A stretch of DNA of 64,000 nucleotides from an uncultured Rhodospirillaceae bacterium (GCA_964515905.1 CAZEWK010000086.1:66265-130264); one strand, 5' to 3'; counted from the first letter of the stretch, positions 40,361 through 49,912 are shown. Notes: generated by a model from the sequence alone, not told the origin. Translations and numbers: made by a program.

Positions 40361-40849
40361 GTGGAAAACGATGCAGACCATATACCGGGTGAAATTACCT
40401 ACCTCGTTTGTGTTGACGAAAGCGATGAATGCCGTGTTGCAACGCGCTTGGCAGCACTTCGTGCCCGCAATAGTGGTGGTCGTGTTATACTGCTCTACGT
40501 CATAGAGCCATCCGATTTTCAACACTGGACAGCAGTAAGTGACGTGATGGCGCGAGAAGGCCGTCAAGAGGCAGAGGAGCGTTTGCAATTACTTGCTGCG
40601 GAGATTCACGAGTATGCAGATATTCGACCAGTATTGTTTGTTCAAGATGGGCCGAAAATTGAACAAATTCTTAAGCTTATCGACGAGCAACCGGATATTA
40701 ATGCGATGGTTCTTGGATGTGCTCCTGAGGGGAAAGGAACAAACAATCTTGTGCAGGAGCTGACAAAAGAACTCACCAAGAGGCTCCGTATTCCGCTATT
40801 AATTGTTCCGGGGAATCTAACGGAGGATCAAATCAAAAGTTTGACGTGA
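40361..40849 (+). CDS. universal stress protein (UspA family)
   Basis: 162 aa from a GTG start, with an alpha/beta UspA-like fold (VLLYV...MVLGCAPEGKG...IPLLIVPG). Confidence 0.6.
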   Translation: MENDADHIPGEITYLVCVDESDECRVATRLAALRARNSGGRVILLYVIEPSDFQHWTAVSDVMAREGRQEAEERLQLLAAEIHEYADIRPVLFVQDGPKIEQILKLIDEQPDINAMVLGCAPEGKGTNNLVQELTKELTKRLRIPLLIVPGNLTEDQIKSLT

Positions 40850-40878
40850 CAGCTTCCTAATCTTGAATTGGATCACGG

Positions 40879-41889
40879 TTAATCTTGGACCAGAAATTGT
40901 AAGCCAAACCATCGCCATCTTCGTTCGGGACCCGGGAGCGTGCAGTTTACCCGGCTTCGTCCTTGGGGCAGCGCTTTTGAGAAACGCACTTCTATCCTAA
41001 ATGGTCCTAGTTGCTCTGTTTTTAGTTTTCCAATCCCGCCAAGATAGCAGGCAAGGTTGCTAAGTGGGCCCACGTTGTCCGCCACCGTAAAGCCTAATCT
41101 GGGAGGGTTGATCAATAAAAGGGGTTGGCTGGGCACTAAATCAGTGATCGGTAGTGGGAGAGTATCTATAATTGTTCGAAACCTGTCCATATCAGAATAA
41201 GCGCCTGTGACGGGATACCTGGGTAATGCTAGGTAATCGGAACCCTTGTATATAACACCCGAGTGTTGTCCAAAGGCAGCGCTGTGACCATACTCCCCAA
41301 CTATCTGCTGCAGAGTGTTACTGTATTCACCAAAAGGGTAGGCAAATAGCTCTGGAGCTATACCAATTTCATCCACTATCCGTTGATTTGCTCCAGCAAT
41401 GTCTTTGCTTGCTGCTGAAGGAGCCACTGACGCTAAATGGCTGTAATTTGTTCCCAGTGTGCCGATTGTAACTCCTGAAGATGCCATCTCACGAAGTTGG
41501 TCCCATGACATGTAGCTGTCTCCTCCGGCGTCAATAAAAGCCGTAGCAATGAAGACAGTAAATGGGAAACCTAATTTTTTAAGCCGAGGCCAGGCTTCGT
41601 GATAGATAGAGACATTGCCTCCATCAAAAGTAATAGCAATGGCATTTTCTGGAACAGAAGTGCTGTTTCGCAACGCTGCAACGATCTGGGGTAACGGCAT
41701 TACCTGATAATTTCCAGATGAAAGGTAGTTCAGGTGATTTTCAAACGCCGTGAGGTCCGTGGAAGCACTGTCGACCCGGCTGATTTTGCTATACATTATG
41801 GCGACGGCAGAATCTTGAGCTTCCACAGCGCACACCATGGAATTCAGCATCGTTGCGATAACCAACATTATTTGCCAATGGATGCGCAT
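40879..41889 (-). CDS. secreted polysaccharide deacetylase family protein (NodB homology)
   Basis: 336 aa with a signal peptide (MRIHWQIMLVIATMLNSMVCAVEA) and the NodB motif AIAITFDGG. Confidence 0.65.
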   Translation of the reverse strand: MRIHWQIMLVIATMLNSMVCAVEAQDSAVAIMYSKISRVDSASTDLTAFENHLNYLSSGNYQVMPLPQIVAALRNSTSVPENAIAITFDGGNVSIYHEAWPRLKKLGFPFTVFIATAFIDAGGDSYMSWDQLREMASSGVTIGTLGTNYSHLASVAPSAASKDIAGANQRIVDEIGIAPELFAYPFGEYSNTLQQIVGEYGHSAAFGQHSGVIYKGSDYLALPRYPVTGAYSDMDRFRTIIDTLPLPITDLVPSQPLLLINPPRLGFTVADNVGPLSNLACYLGGIGKLKTEQLGPFRIEVRFSKALPQGRSRVNCTLPGPERRWRWFGLQFLVQD

Positions 41890-42095
41890 TTTCGTAACTG
41901 TCTTTGGTGTCGGTACACGTGTTAAAGTGGATTTGCCTTTTTTGAAAACCCAAGAGTAGCAGTAATGCTAAACCTACTAAACGATATAACCTTAGTTCAT
42001 ACTTAATACAAAGATTCGTTTCTCGACGTTGACAGGAGTAAAGATAGCATCAAATCATTTTATGAACTACGTCCTACGGCAAGTGATACATTAAA

Positions 42096-42803
42096 ATGGG
42101 CTCGAATATCTTAGCGCTTGATACAAGTAGTAGTGCTTGTTCAGTTGCGTGTTGGAAATCAACCGAAATAGTTGCCAACGAATATGTGGATCTTGGGCGA
42201 GGCCATGCTGAAGCCTTAGTACCCATGATTGCGTCTGTAATGCGTAAGGCAGACATTGATTATTTTCAGTTGGATGCAATAGCAGTCACCCTCGGTCCAG
42301 GGACTTTCACAGGCTTGCGAATTGGACTTTCTGCTGCTCGCGGGCTTGCGTTGGCTGCATCGATACCCATGGTCGGTATTAGTTCGCTTGAAGTTCTAGC
42401 ACATGCTACCAGCTTGGAACGAAACTCCGTGCTGGCCATATTGGACGCAGGACGTGGCAGACTGTATGCCCAACGCTTCAATTCATCTCTATGTGCGACG
42501 GTTCCAGCTTCCGTAGTGGAAGCTGAAAATATTCCATCCTTCTTGCCTGCTGGCTCATGTGTGGTTGTTGGAACGGGCATACCTCTGGTACGACCCTATC
42601 TAACTAAAACTAAGTTCGACGGCCATGAGGAGGTGTTCTTTGATCCTGCGGTCAGTTCTCCAAATGCGGCTGTGCTAGCGAAGATTGCGAGCACTCGTGA
42701 GTCTGCCAAACCATCTACTTTGCATCCAATTTACCTACGTTCTCCCGATAATATGTTTCGGAAACAAGAATCGACCAACAAAAATGTTGGGGATAATGTT
42801 TAA
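42096..42803 (+). CDS. tsaB: tRNA threonylcarbamoyladenosine biosynthesis protein TsaB
   Basis: 235 aa starting ILALDTSSSACSVAC, with the motif GPGTFTGLRIG. Confidence 0.88.
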   Translation: MGSNILALDTSSSACSVACWKSTEIVANEYVDLGRGHAEALVPMIASVMRKADIDYFQLDAIAVTLGPGTFTGLRIGLSAARGLALAASIPMVGISSLEVLAHATSLERNSVLAILDAGRGRLYAQRFNSSLCATVPASVVEAENIPSFLPAGSCVVVGTGIPLVRPYLTKTKFDGHEEVFFDPAVSSPNAAVLAKIASTRESAKPSTLHPIYLRSPDNMFRKQESTNKNVGDNV

Positions 42804-43269
42804 TATTTGGTCTGTTGTTAGCGATCATCAGATTTCGGTTTTGGCAACTCTTCAGTATAAATGTTTCGAGAACTCTAATGTGCAACCAGGATTAGAGCGA
42901 ATGATCTTTAGTCCTGGTGTATTTGGTCTCATTATTTCTGAGGAAGATCCTAATCTTGAAGTTGCCTATGCAATTTGTAGAGTGGCTTTGGAGGAGGCTG
43001 AACTGCTATCGATAGGTGTTGTCCCGAATAAACGGGGTTCCGGTTATGGTAAAACAATACTATCAGCAATTATTACTGAAGCGGGTCACCGGGGGGCGGA
43101 GTCTTTGGTGCTGGAAGTCGGTGAGAATAATCTAGCGGCAAAAAACCTCTATGCAGCAGCAGGTTTTGCTCAAGTCGGCGGACGGAAAAATTATTATCGC
43201 GTAGGCTCTGGGGCGTATGAGGACGCAGCAATAATGCGTTGCCGGCTAAGGAATACAGGAGTCAGTTAA
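42796..43269 (+). CDS. rimI: ribosomal-protein-alanine N-acetyltransferase (GNAT)
   Basis: GNAT core (LSIGVVPNKRGSGYGKTIL). It immediately follows tsaB, which is the conserved tsaB-rimI pairing. The start is at ATG 42784 or 42796, overlapping the tsaB stop. Confidence 0.7.
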   Translation: MFNIWSVVSDHQISVLATLQYKCFENSNVQPGLERMIFSPGVFGLIISEEDPNLEVAYAICRVALEEAELLSIGVVPNKRGSGYGKTILSAIITEAGHRGAESLVLEVGENNLAAKNLYAAAGFAQVGGRKNYYRVGSGAYEDAAIMRCRLRNTGVS

Positions 43270-43510
43270 CTAGCACCCTGAGGCGATACGTGCCCGGAGC
43301 AGCCGAAGTGGGTTCCAATGAGAGTATGGTGTGGCCTAGTTCTTTCAATGAACGTGGGACATTTTCAAGTGGTTCTCCTTCGTTAAGGACCACTGCGAGA
43401 ATTGTTCCAGGTCGCATGGAATCGATGGTAAGTCGAGTATGTACGAAGGTAAGAGGGCATATTTTGTCCGTAATATCTAGCTCTTGATCACAGTCGGCAA
43501 TATTTTTCAT
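43262..43510 (-). CDS. TusA/SirA-like small sulfur-carrier fold protein
   Basis: About 82 aa from an internal Met (MKNIADCDQELDITDKICPLTFVHTRL...), with a CP motif where TusA has CPxP. It is divergent from the fur-like gene. Confidence 0.45.
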   Translation of the reverse strand: MKNIADCDQELDITDKICPLTFVHTRLTIDSMRPGTILAVVLNEGEPLENVPRSLKELGHTILSLEPTSAAPGTYRLRVLVN

Positions 43511-43552
43511 AATGAGGGTACTTAATTTCAAACTTAGATTCCATAATTCGTT

Positions 43553-43567
43553 GATTATAACATAATC
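43553..43567. promoter_or_regulatory. AT-rich 6-3-6 inverted repeat GATTAT-AAC-ATAATC in a divergent promoter; candidate Fur-family operator
   Basis: A perfect inverted repeat lies between the TusA-like gene (minus) and the fur-like gene (plus). Its arms resemble Fur-box GATAAT hexamers. Confidence 0.25.
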
Positions 43568-43670
43568 TAAGTGTAACAGCATTGGTTGTTTGAAGGGCAA
43601 GTCTCACGTATGATCGAGAGAATAAAATCGGCTGTATAAACATCAAGGCTGCTTTGTGAGGTTCATTCTT

Positions 43671-44105
43671 ATGTCATCACCTATTGAGGAGCGATGTCGA
43701 GACAAAGGGCTCAAAATGACCGGACAAAGGCGAGTTATCGCCCGTGTTCTGTCTGATGCTAGCGATCATCCCGATGCTGCGGAAGTATACAAAAGAGCAG
43801 TTAGCGAAGACGATCGTATTAGCATGGCAACTGTGTACAGAACAATTCGACTTTTTGAGGATTGTGGTGTCCTTGAGCGGCATGATTTCGGTGACGGGAG
43901 AGTGCGATATGAGGAGGCGTCGCGGGAGCATCACGATCATCTGATAGATGTGAAAACAGGGCAGGTAATAGAATTTCAAAACACAGAAATTGAAGAATTG
44001 CAGAAAAAAGCCGCCCGTAAGCTGGGATATGAGTTGGTGGACCATCGTCTTGAGTTGTACGGTATGCCCCTTGGTACTAGTGTTCTTGATTCTGAGGAAC
44101 AGTAA
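43671..44105 (+). CDS. fur: Fur family transcriptional regulator (Fur/Mur-like)
   Basis: Winged-helix N-terminus (GLKMTGQRRVIARVL) and the HHDHLID metal-site motif. It lacks the Cys pairs of E. coli Fur, as is typical for alphaproteobacterial Fur/Mur. The start at 43671 is the likely one. Confidence 0.8.
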   Translation: MSSPIEERCRDKGLKMTGQRRVIARVLSDASDHPDAAEVYKRAVSEDDRISMATVYRTIRLFEDCGVLERHDFGDGRVRYEEASREHHDHLIDVKTGQVIEFQNTEIEELQKKAARKLGYELVDHRLELYGMPLGTSVLDSEEQ

Positions 44106-44161
44106 AGAGCTCAAAGTATATGTGTTTGGTTTGTGATAAATAGCCCCGAAAAAGGTTCAGC

Positions 44162-44983
44162 ATGGCCACGGCGGAACAGCTAGATGATTTGAACATAGGT
44201 ATTCAATCAGGTGATCTTGAGGTAAGACTCGCTTCTTCTAATGAGGAAATTGACGCGTCACAAGCCCTCAGATACAAAATTTTTTATGAAGAGATGGCGG
44301 CAATTCCTAGTACAGAGATGTCGGAACTTCGTCGTGATTTTGATAAATTTGACAGAGCTTGCGACCACCTAATGGTGATTGATAATTGTCGAAATGGTTT
44401 GTATGAATCAGTCGTTGGTACTTATAGGTTGAGTCGCAGGGTCAACGCGGAGCGCTCTGGTGGATTCTATACGGCTAACGAATACGATATTTCTGATATA
44501 GTTGCTCAGAAAGGAGAGATTCTAGAACTTGGTCGCTCCTGTGTTGCCAAGCAATACCGCTCTGGACATACCATGGCGCTATTGTGGCGCGGAATAGCTG
44601 CATATGTGTTTAGTCACGACATAGCGTGGATGTTTGGTTGTGCTAGTCTAAGGGGTACGGAACCGGATCAACTTGCGTTACCACTGTCTTATTTGCACCA
44701 CTTTCACTTGGCTCCTGAAGGTTTGCGGCCGCGAGCATTGGACGATCTATGTGTTTCGATGGATCTTATGCCCAAAGAAGATATCGAAAAGCGTTTGGCT
44801 CGCGAGTTGTTGCCTCCGTTGATCAAAGGATATCTTAGGGTTGGTTGTTTCGTTGGCGACGGGGCAGTGGTTGATTCCCAGTTTCAGACTACCGATGTAT
44901 GCGTAGTTCTGAAGACAGATCGAGTGACCGGGAAGTACCGGCAGCATTATGAAGGAAATCGACGTTCAGTGAATGCTGTGTGA
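44162..44983 (+). CDS. olsB: ornithine-acyl[ACP] N-acyltransferase OlsB-like (GNAT-related)
   Basis: 273 aa hemolysin-like N-acyltransferase family protein, immediately followed by and overlapping a PlsC-type acyltransferase. This matches the olsB-olsA operon architecture. Confidence 0.7.
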   Translation: MATAEQLDDLNIGIQSGDLEVRLASSNEEIDASQALRYKIFYEEMAAIPSTEMSELRRDFDKFDRACDHLMVIDNCRNGLYESVVGTYRLSRRVNAERSGGFYTANEYDISDIVAQKGEILELGRSCVAKQYRSGHTMALLWRGIAAYVFSHDIAWMFGCASLRGTEPDQLALPLSYLHHFHLAPEGLRPRALDDLCVSMDLMPKEDIEKRLARELLPPLIKGYLRVGCFVGDGAVVDSQFQTTDVCVVLKTDRVTGKYRQHYEGNRRSVNAV

Positions 44984-45804
44984 TTTGTTTAATCATGAGT
45001 CTATTTGCACATCTGTTTGCTTTAATGCGATTTCTTGCTTTTCTAGGGTGGACGCTCTTTTGGTTGCCACTTCAGGCGTTTACAATACTATTTAGTGCGC
45101 GCTTGAGTCGGCTTATTCCGCAAATATATCATCAGGGAAATTGCGCTATTTTGGGTTTACGGGTTCGTCGTTACGGTAAGCCAGTAAAGTCGTCACCAAC
45201 ACTCTTCGTTTCAAATCATACATCATATCTTGACATCGTTGTGCTAGCAGCACAATTGAAGGCGTCTTTTGTTGCCAAGCAAGAGGTTGCTAAGTGGCCT
45301 TTATTCGGCCTTTTAGCCCGTTTGAATCGTACAGTCTTTGTGCAACGCCGAGCAGGTAAAAGTGGCGCGTATAGAGATGAAATGCAGTCTCAGCTCCTAG
45401 GTGGTAGAAATTTAATTTTGTTCCCAGAAGGTACTAGCAATGATGGGAACCGAGTCTTGAGGTTTAATAGCACATTTTTTAGTGTTGCGGAGATTTCTCT
45501 AAAGGGAAAATTAATTCCAGTGCAACCCATAGCGATAGCTTATACACGTCTCAACGGCTTACCGGTGGGAAGAAGTGGTCGACCCCTTTTCGCCTGGTAT
45601 GGGGATATGGATCTAGTGAGCCATTTATGGTCAGTGCTCGGGCAGAATACTGTGACCGTAGAGGTCACGTTCTTGCCAACCGTTACTATCAGTGACTACT
45701 CAAACCGCAAGGAGATGGCGAAGGAATGTCAATCCATGGTAGAGGGTAGTGTATCGAACATGCTGCGAGGTTCGCCCGCTCCCTTGAAAGAGACCTCAAC
45801 TTGA
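44980..45804 (+). CDS. olsA: lyso-ornithine lipid O-acyltransferase OlsA (PlsC family)
   Basis: The H-x4-D motif reads NHTSYLD and an FPEGT motif is present. The start is GTG 44980 (GTGA overlap) or ATG 44995. Confidence 0.7.
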   Translation: MICLIMSLFAHLFALMRFLAFLGWTLFWLPLQAFTILFSARLSRLIPQIYHQGNCAILGLRVRRYGKPVKSSPTLFVSNHTSYLDIVVLAAQLKASFVAKQEVAKWPLFGLLARLNRTVFVQRRAGKSGAYRDEMQSQLLGGRNLILFPEGTSNDGNRVLRFNSTFFSVAEISLKGKLIPVQPIAIAYTRLNGLPVGRSGRPLFAWYGDMDLVSHLWSVLGQNTVTVEVTFLPTVTISDYSNRKEMAKECQSMVEGSVSNMLRGSPAPLKETST

Positions 45805-45934
45805 CAGTGTTTAGTTGGGTGCTAGGATCCTTGGTGTATATTTTCACGAAATGCATTATATTCCAATATATTAGGGCGTTCTTTAGGATGGTAGGCGGAC
45901 GGCGAGAAACTATTCAGTTTGGGCATAACTAGTT

Positions 45935-47362
45935 GTGACCAACCAGAATACGCGAAATGTGCCTGCGACCACCGGGGGTGGATTTGAGCTAGCACCGGCC
46001 TCAAAATCCCTGTTTATAAAAACCTTCGGTTGTCAGATGAATGTGTACGATTCTGAAAGGATCTCAGAATTACTTGTCCCTTTAGGCTATACAATCAAAG
46101 ATGCCCTCGAAAATGTGGACATGGCAGTATTGAATACTTGCCATATCCGCGAAAAGGCGAGCGAAAAACTATTTTCAGAACTGGGCCGCCTACGAGCGCA
46201 CAAAAGACGACGTAGCGCAATAGGCAAGCAGATGATCATAGCGGTCGCAGGTTGTGTTGCTCAAGCTATCGGTGAAGAGATAGCACGTCGTGTTCCGGAG
46301 GTTGATATAGTGGTTGGTCCACAGACCTACCATCGCCTTCCCGAATTAATTTCTCGAATAGAATCGACTTCTGGGGATACACAAATATGCACAGAATTCC
46401 CGGTTAATCCTAAGTTTGATGAGTTGCCCGTTGAGAGAAAAGGAGGAAGTGTGTCTGCTTTTCTCTCTGTTCAAGAAGGTTGCGATAAGTTTTGCACCTT
46501 TTGTGTAGTCCCCTACACTCGGGGGGCCGAATATTCTCGACCTGTCGATGACTTGGTTACTGAAGCAAAGTTATTAGTTGAGTGTGGGGTCAAGGAGATC
46601 ACGCTTCTTGGTCAAAATGTAAATGCTTACCATGGGCAACATTTAGGCAAGCAGGTGTCCTCTTTGAGTGTACTAATTGAGCGCCTCGCTGCGCTTAAAG
46701 GTTTATCGCGTTTGCGTTATACTACTTCGCATCCTAAGGATATGGACTTATCACTTATTGATGCGCACGGTCGAATTCCCGAGCTAATGCCATCGGTGCA
46801 TTTACCCGTCCAATCTGGGTCCGATCGGATTTTGGAGGCTATGAATCGCAGATACACTGTTGCGGATTACCTTGGGGTAGTGGACAAGTTGAGAACCGCC
46901 AGACCAGATATTGCTTTGTCTTCGGATTTTATAGTGGGTTTTCCTGGTGAGACAGAGGAAGACTTCCGACAAACTATGAACCTGGTAAAGACCGTTGGAT
47001 ACGCTCAAGCCTATTCCTTTAAATATAGTCCGCGGCCAGGAACACCAGCTGCCGCAGGAGAAATCCAAATTGAAGATGAAATCAAATGGGAGAGATTGCA
47101 GGTTCTTCAGAATTTATTGGTGGAACAGCAGTCTAAATTCAATCAATCTCTGGTCGGTGCGGCTACAGAGATTTTGATCGAAAAGCCTGGTCGTTATCCA
47201 GGACAACTAGTGGGACGGACCCCCTATCTTCAGCCTGTGCATGTCGCAGCGAAAAGTGATAACCAGGAGTTGAATATAGGGGACATTATTCAGGTTAACA
47301 TCACAGGAAGCTCATCAAATAGTTTGATGGGCACATTGGGTGGAGACTATATCAATGATTGA
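45935..47362 (+). CDS. miaB: tRNA-2-methylthio-N6-dimethylallyladenosine synthase
   Basis: MTTase N-terminus (FIKTFGCQMNVYDSE), radical SAM motif CDKFCTFC, and a TRAM domain. Confidence 0.93.
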   Translation: MTNQNTRNVPATTGGGFELAPASKSLFIKTFGCQMNVYDSERISELLVPLGYTIKDALENVDMAVLNTCHIREKASEKLFSELGRLRAHKRRRSAIGKQMIIAVAGCVAQAIGEEIARRVPEVDIVVGPQTYHRLPELISRIESTSGDTQICTEFPVNPKFDELPVERKGGSVSAFLSVQEGCDKFCTFCVVPYTRGAEYSRPVDDLVTEAKLLVECGVKEITLLGQNVNAYHGQHLGKQVSSLSVLIERLAALKGLSRLRYTTSHPKDMDLSLIDAHGRIPELMPSVHLPVQSGSDRILEAMNRRYTVADYLGVVDKLRTARPDIALSSDFIVGFPGETEEDFRQTMNLVKTVGYAQAYSFKYSPRPGTPAAAGEIQIEDEIKWERLQVLQNLLVEQQSKFNQSLVGAATEILIEKPGRYPGQLVGRTPYLQPVHVAAKSDNQELNIGDIIQVNITGSSSNSLMGTLGGDYIND

Positions 47363-48420
47363 TCTTTGAGAAGAGGATCTTCTCGATGGCGCATGAAACG
47401 ACCCACAGTGCAGAACACGAAGCCCCTCAGTTTATTACCTTTGAGAACAATACACTATTGCCAGCATTGTTTGGTCACCACGATCAACATGTCGCTCGTA
47501 TAGAACACTCTCTTGGAGTGATGGTAACTAGTAGGGGAAATCAGTTAGCTCTTACTGGGCCGACTGATGCCGTCAACATGGCAAAAAAGGTGTTTACAGA
47601 ACTGTACGCAATGTTAGAGGGAGACTTCCCAGTCACTTTGGCAGAAGTAGATGCAGTGTTGAGAATAGAATCCAATGTTAGATTGGACCTAGAAGAAGGT
47701 CCTCAAAGCAAAATAGTTGTACACACCCCTAAACGTCGAATACTTCCCCGTTCTTCTAACCAAGTTCAATATGTGAAAGCCCTGAGGGAATCTGAACTGG
47801 TATTTGGGGTTGGGCCCGCGGGAACGGGTAAAACTTACCTCGCGGTGGCTATCGCTCTATCTATGATGTCCCAAGGCGAAGTTGAAAGATTAATATTGTC
47901 CCGTCCTGCCGTAGAGGCCGGCGAGCGACTTGGCTTCTTGCCCGGAGACCTGAGAGAGAAAGTGGACCCATATCTTCGCCCCCTCTACGACGCCTTATAC
48001 GACATGATGCCTGCGGATAAGGTGAATGGATATTTGCAGGGAGGGGAAGTGGAAATCGCGCCGCTGGCTTTTATGCGCGGTAGAACGTTATCTAACGCCT
48101 TCGTGATACTGGATGAAGCACAGAATACAACCCCAGTTCAGATGAAAATGTTTTTGACTCGTCTTGGAGAAAATTCCAGGATGGCTGTTACCGGAGATCT
48201 TTCCCAGGTGGATCTTCCGAGGGGTGTGCAGAGTGGTTTAGCTCATGCCTTGTCAGTAGTTGGGCAATTGAAAGGTACGCAGGTAGTAGAGTTTTCCGAT
48301 GTTGATGTTTTGCGTCACCCTCTGGTTACAAAAATTGTGAAGGCGTATAATAAGCATGAGAATTCAACCGATTCATCCTATGGAAACAATGGCTCTTCAC
48401 CCGTAAAGAAAAGTACGTAA
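47359..48420 (+). CDS. ybeZ: PhoH family ATPase (YbeZ)
   Basis: Walker A motif GPAGTGKTYLAV. It overlaps miaB by 4 nt. An alternative start at Met 47386 is possible. Confidence 0.9.
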   Translation: MIFEKRIFSMAHETTHSAEHEAPQFITFENNTLLPALFGHHDQHVARIEHSLGVMVTSRGNQLALTGPTDAVNMAKKVFTELYAMLEGDFPVTLAEVDAVLRIESNVRLDLEEGPQSKIVVHTPKRRILPRSSNQVQYVKALRESELVFGVGPAGTGKTYLAVAIALSMMSQGEVERLILSRPAVEAGERLGFLPGDLREKVDPYLRPLYDALYDMMPADKVNGYLQGGEVEIAPLAFMRGRTLSNAFVILDEAQNTTPVQMKMFLTRLGENSRMAVTGDLSQVDLPRGVQSGLAHALSVVGQLKGTQVVEFSDVDVLRHPLVTKIVKAYNKHENSTDSSYGNNGSSPVKKST

Positions 48421-48965
48421 TGAATTCAAGTGATACCCTGCTAATATCACTTAGTATAGATGACAGTCGTTGGAAAGATCTTTCGTTCAATGTTGATGAC
48501 TTGTGTGACTCCGCTGTTAGGATAGCATTTCTGGTGGCGAATCAAGCGCAATATGGGGAAGTTAGCATTCTTCTTACGAACGATCCCGTTATACGTGGTT
48601 TAAACTCAAGGTACCGAAGGAGATCAGAGCCAACTAATGTATTGTCCTTTTCAGGAACAATCAGTAGCTCAACAAACGATGGGAAAATGTTACCACAACT
48701 TTGGGGAGACGTCGTTATTTCATTAGATCGAGTGAGTGATGAAGCAAAATATCAGGAGAAATCTGTCAGGGATCATGTGGCGCATTTGATTATTCACGGA
48801 ACTTTGCACCTTCTTGGTTTTGATCACCAAGAACAAACTGCAGCTGAAGATATGGAGAAACTCGAGATACTGTCGCTACGCAGGCTTGGCATTAGAAATC
48901 CCTATCAGGCTAAAAACTCAAATGCTCAAAAGGTGGAACGAGATGATATGTCCATCGAAAACTAA
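48420..48965 (+). CDS. ybeY: rRNA maturation RNase YbeY
   Basis: Metal-binding motif HLIIHGTLHLLGFDH. Confidence 0.9.
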   Translation: MNSSDTLLISLSIDDSRWKDLSFNVDDLCDSAVRIAFLVANQAQYGEVSILLTNDPVIRGLNSRYRRRSEPTNVLSFSGTISSSTNDGKMLPQLWGDVVISLDRVSDEAKYQEKSVRDHVAHLIIHGTLHLLGFDHQEQTAAEDMEKLEILSLRRLGIRNPYQAKNSNAQKVERDDMSIEN

Positions 48966-49899
48966 CCAAGAGAAAAGAGTTGAACAAGCGAACCAGCGCC
49001 GGTCCGGTCTTCTGGTGGTTTGGGACTATATAAAGACCTTTTTTTATAAAGCTTCTGGTGAACCGACTTTTCGTCAGTCTATAGAGGAACTGATAGAAGA
49101 ACATGATGACGTTGTTCTTCCCGAGGACGTAGAAGAACACACAATGTTCCGCAACCTGTTAGATTTTGGTAGGCTCGATGTTGCTGACGTAATGGTGCCG
49201 CGCGCCGACATCCTATCTGTACCAGAATCCTCGTCACTCGAAGAGCTGATATCAGTAATATTTGAGCACGGACATTCCCGTGTTCCTGTGCATCGCGGAT
49301 CCTTGGATGATGTAATGGGCATGGTACATGTTCGAGATATTCTCGCTTTTTGGCAAAGGAGTTCAGATTTCCAACTTTCGACAGTTATTCGGTCTCTTTT
49401 GTTTGTTCCCCCATCGATGCCCATCCGCGAACTTCTTCTTGAGATGCGGGCAACAAAGATACATATGGCGTTAGTTGTCGACGAATATGGCGGAACAGAT
49501 GGTCTGGTAACAATTGAGGACTTGGTGGAAGAAATTGTTGGAGAGATAGAAGACGAACATGATCGGACGGTAGAGCCGAAGCTAACCGACAGGGCTGATG
49601 GGTTAATCGATGCGGATGCGCGAGTTGCAGTGCCCGATTTAGAGTTAAAATGTGGTATCGACTTGTTACCTGACGCAAGGGACGAAGAGATAGACACTTT
49701 GGGGGGGTTAGTTTGTGAGTTGGCTGGCAGAGTACCGCTCCGTGGAGAGTTAATAGCCCATCCTTCGGGCATGAAGTTCGAAATAGTTGATGCAGATCCA
49801 AGGAAAATCCGACGCCTTCGAGTTCACCCGCTTTTAGACCGCGATCAACCGACACAACCGCAGTTGGAAAAACAGAATAGCCACATCCGTGGTGGTTAA
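48943..49899 (+). CDS. corC: CorC/HlyC family transporter-associated protein with CBS pair (YbeX)
   Basis: CBS domains plus a CorC_HlyC C-terminal domain. The ATG at 48943 overlaps the ybeY end. Confidence 0.85.
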   Translation: MICPSKTNQEKRVEQANQRRSGLLVVWDYIKTFFYKASGEPTFRQSIEELIEEHDDVVLPEDVEEHTMFRNLLDFGRLDVADVMVPRADILSVPESSSLEELISVIFEHGHSRVPVHRGSLDDVMGMVHVRDILAFWQRSSDFQLSTVIRSLLFVPPSMPIRELLLEMRATKIHMALVVDEYGGTDGLVTIEDLVEEIVGEIEDEHDRTVEPKLTDRADGLIDADARVAVPDLELKCGIDLLPDARDEEIDTLGGLVCELAGRVPLRGELIAHPSGMKFEIVDADPRKIRRLRVHPLLDRDQPTQPQLEKQNSHIRGG

Positions 49900-49912
49900 G
49901 CGTTTGCGGATA

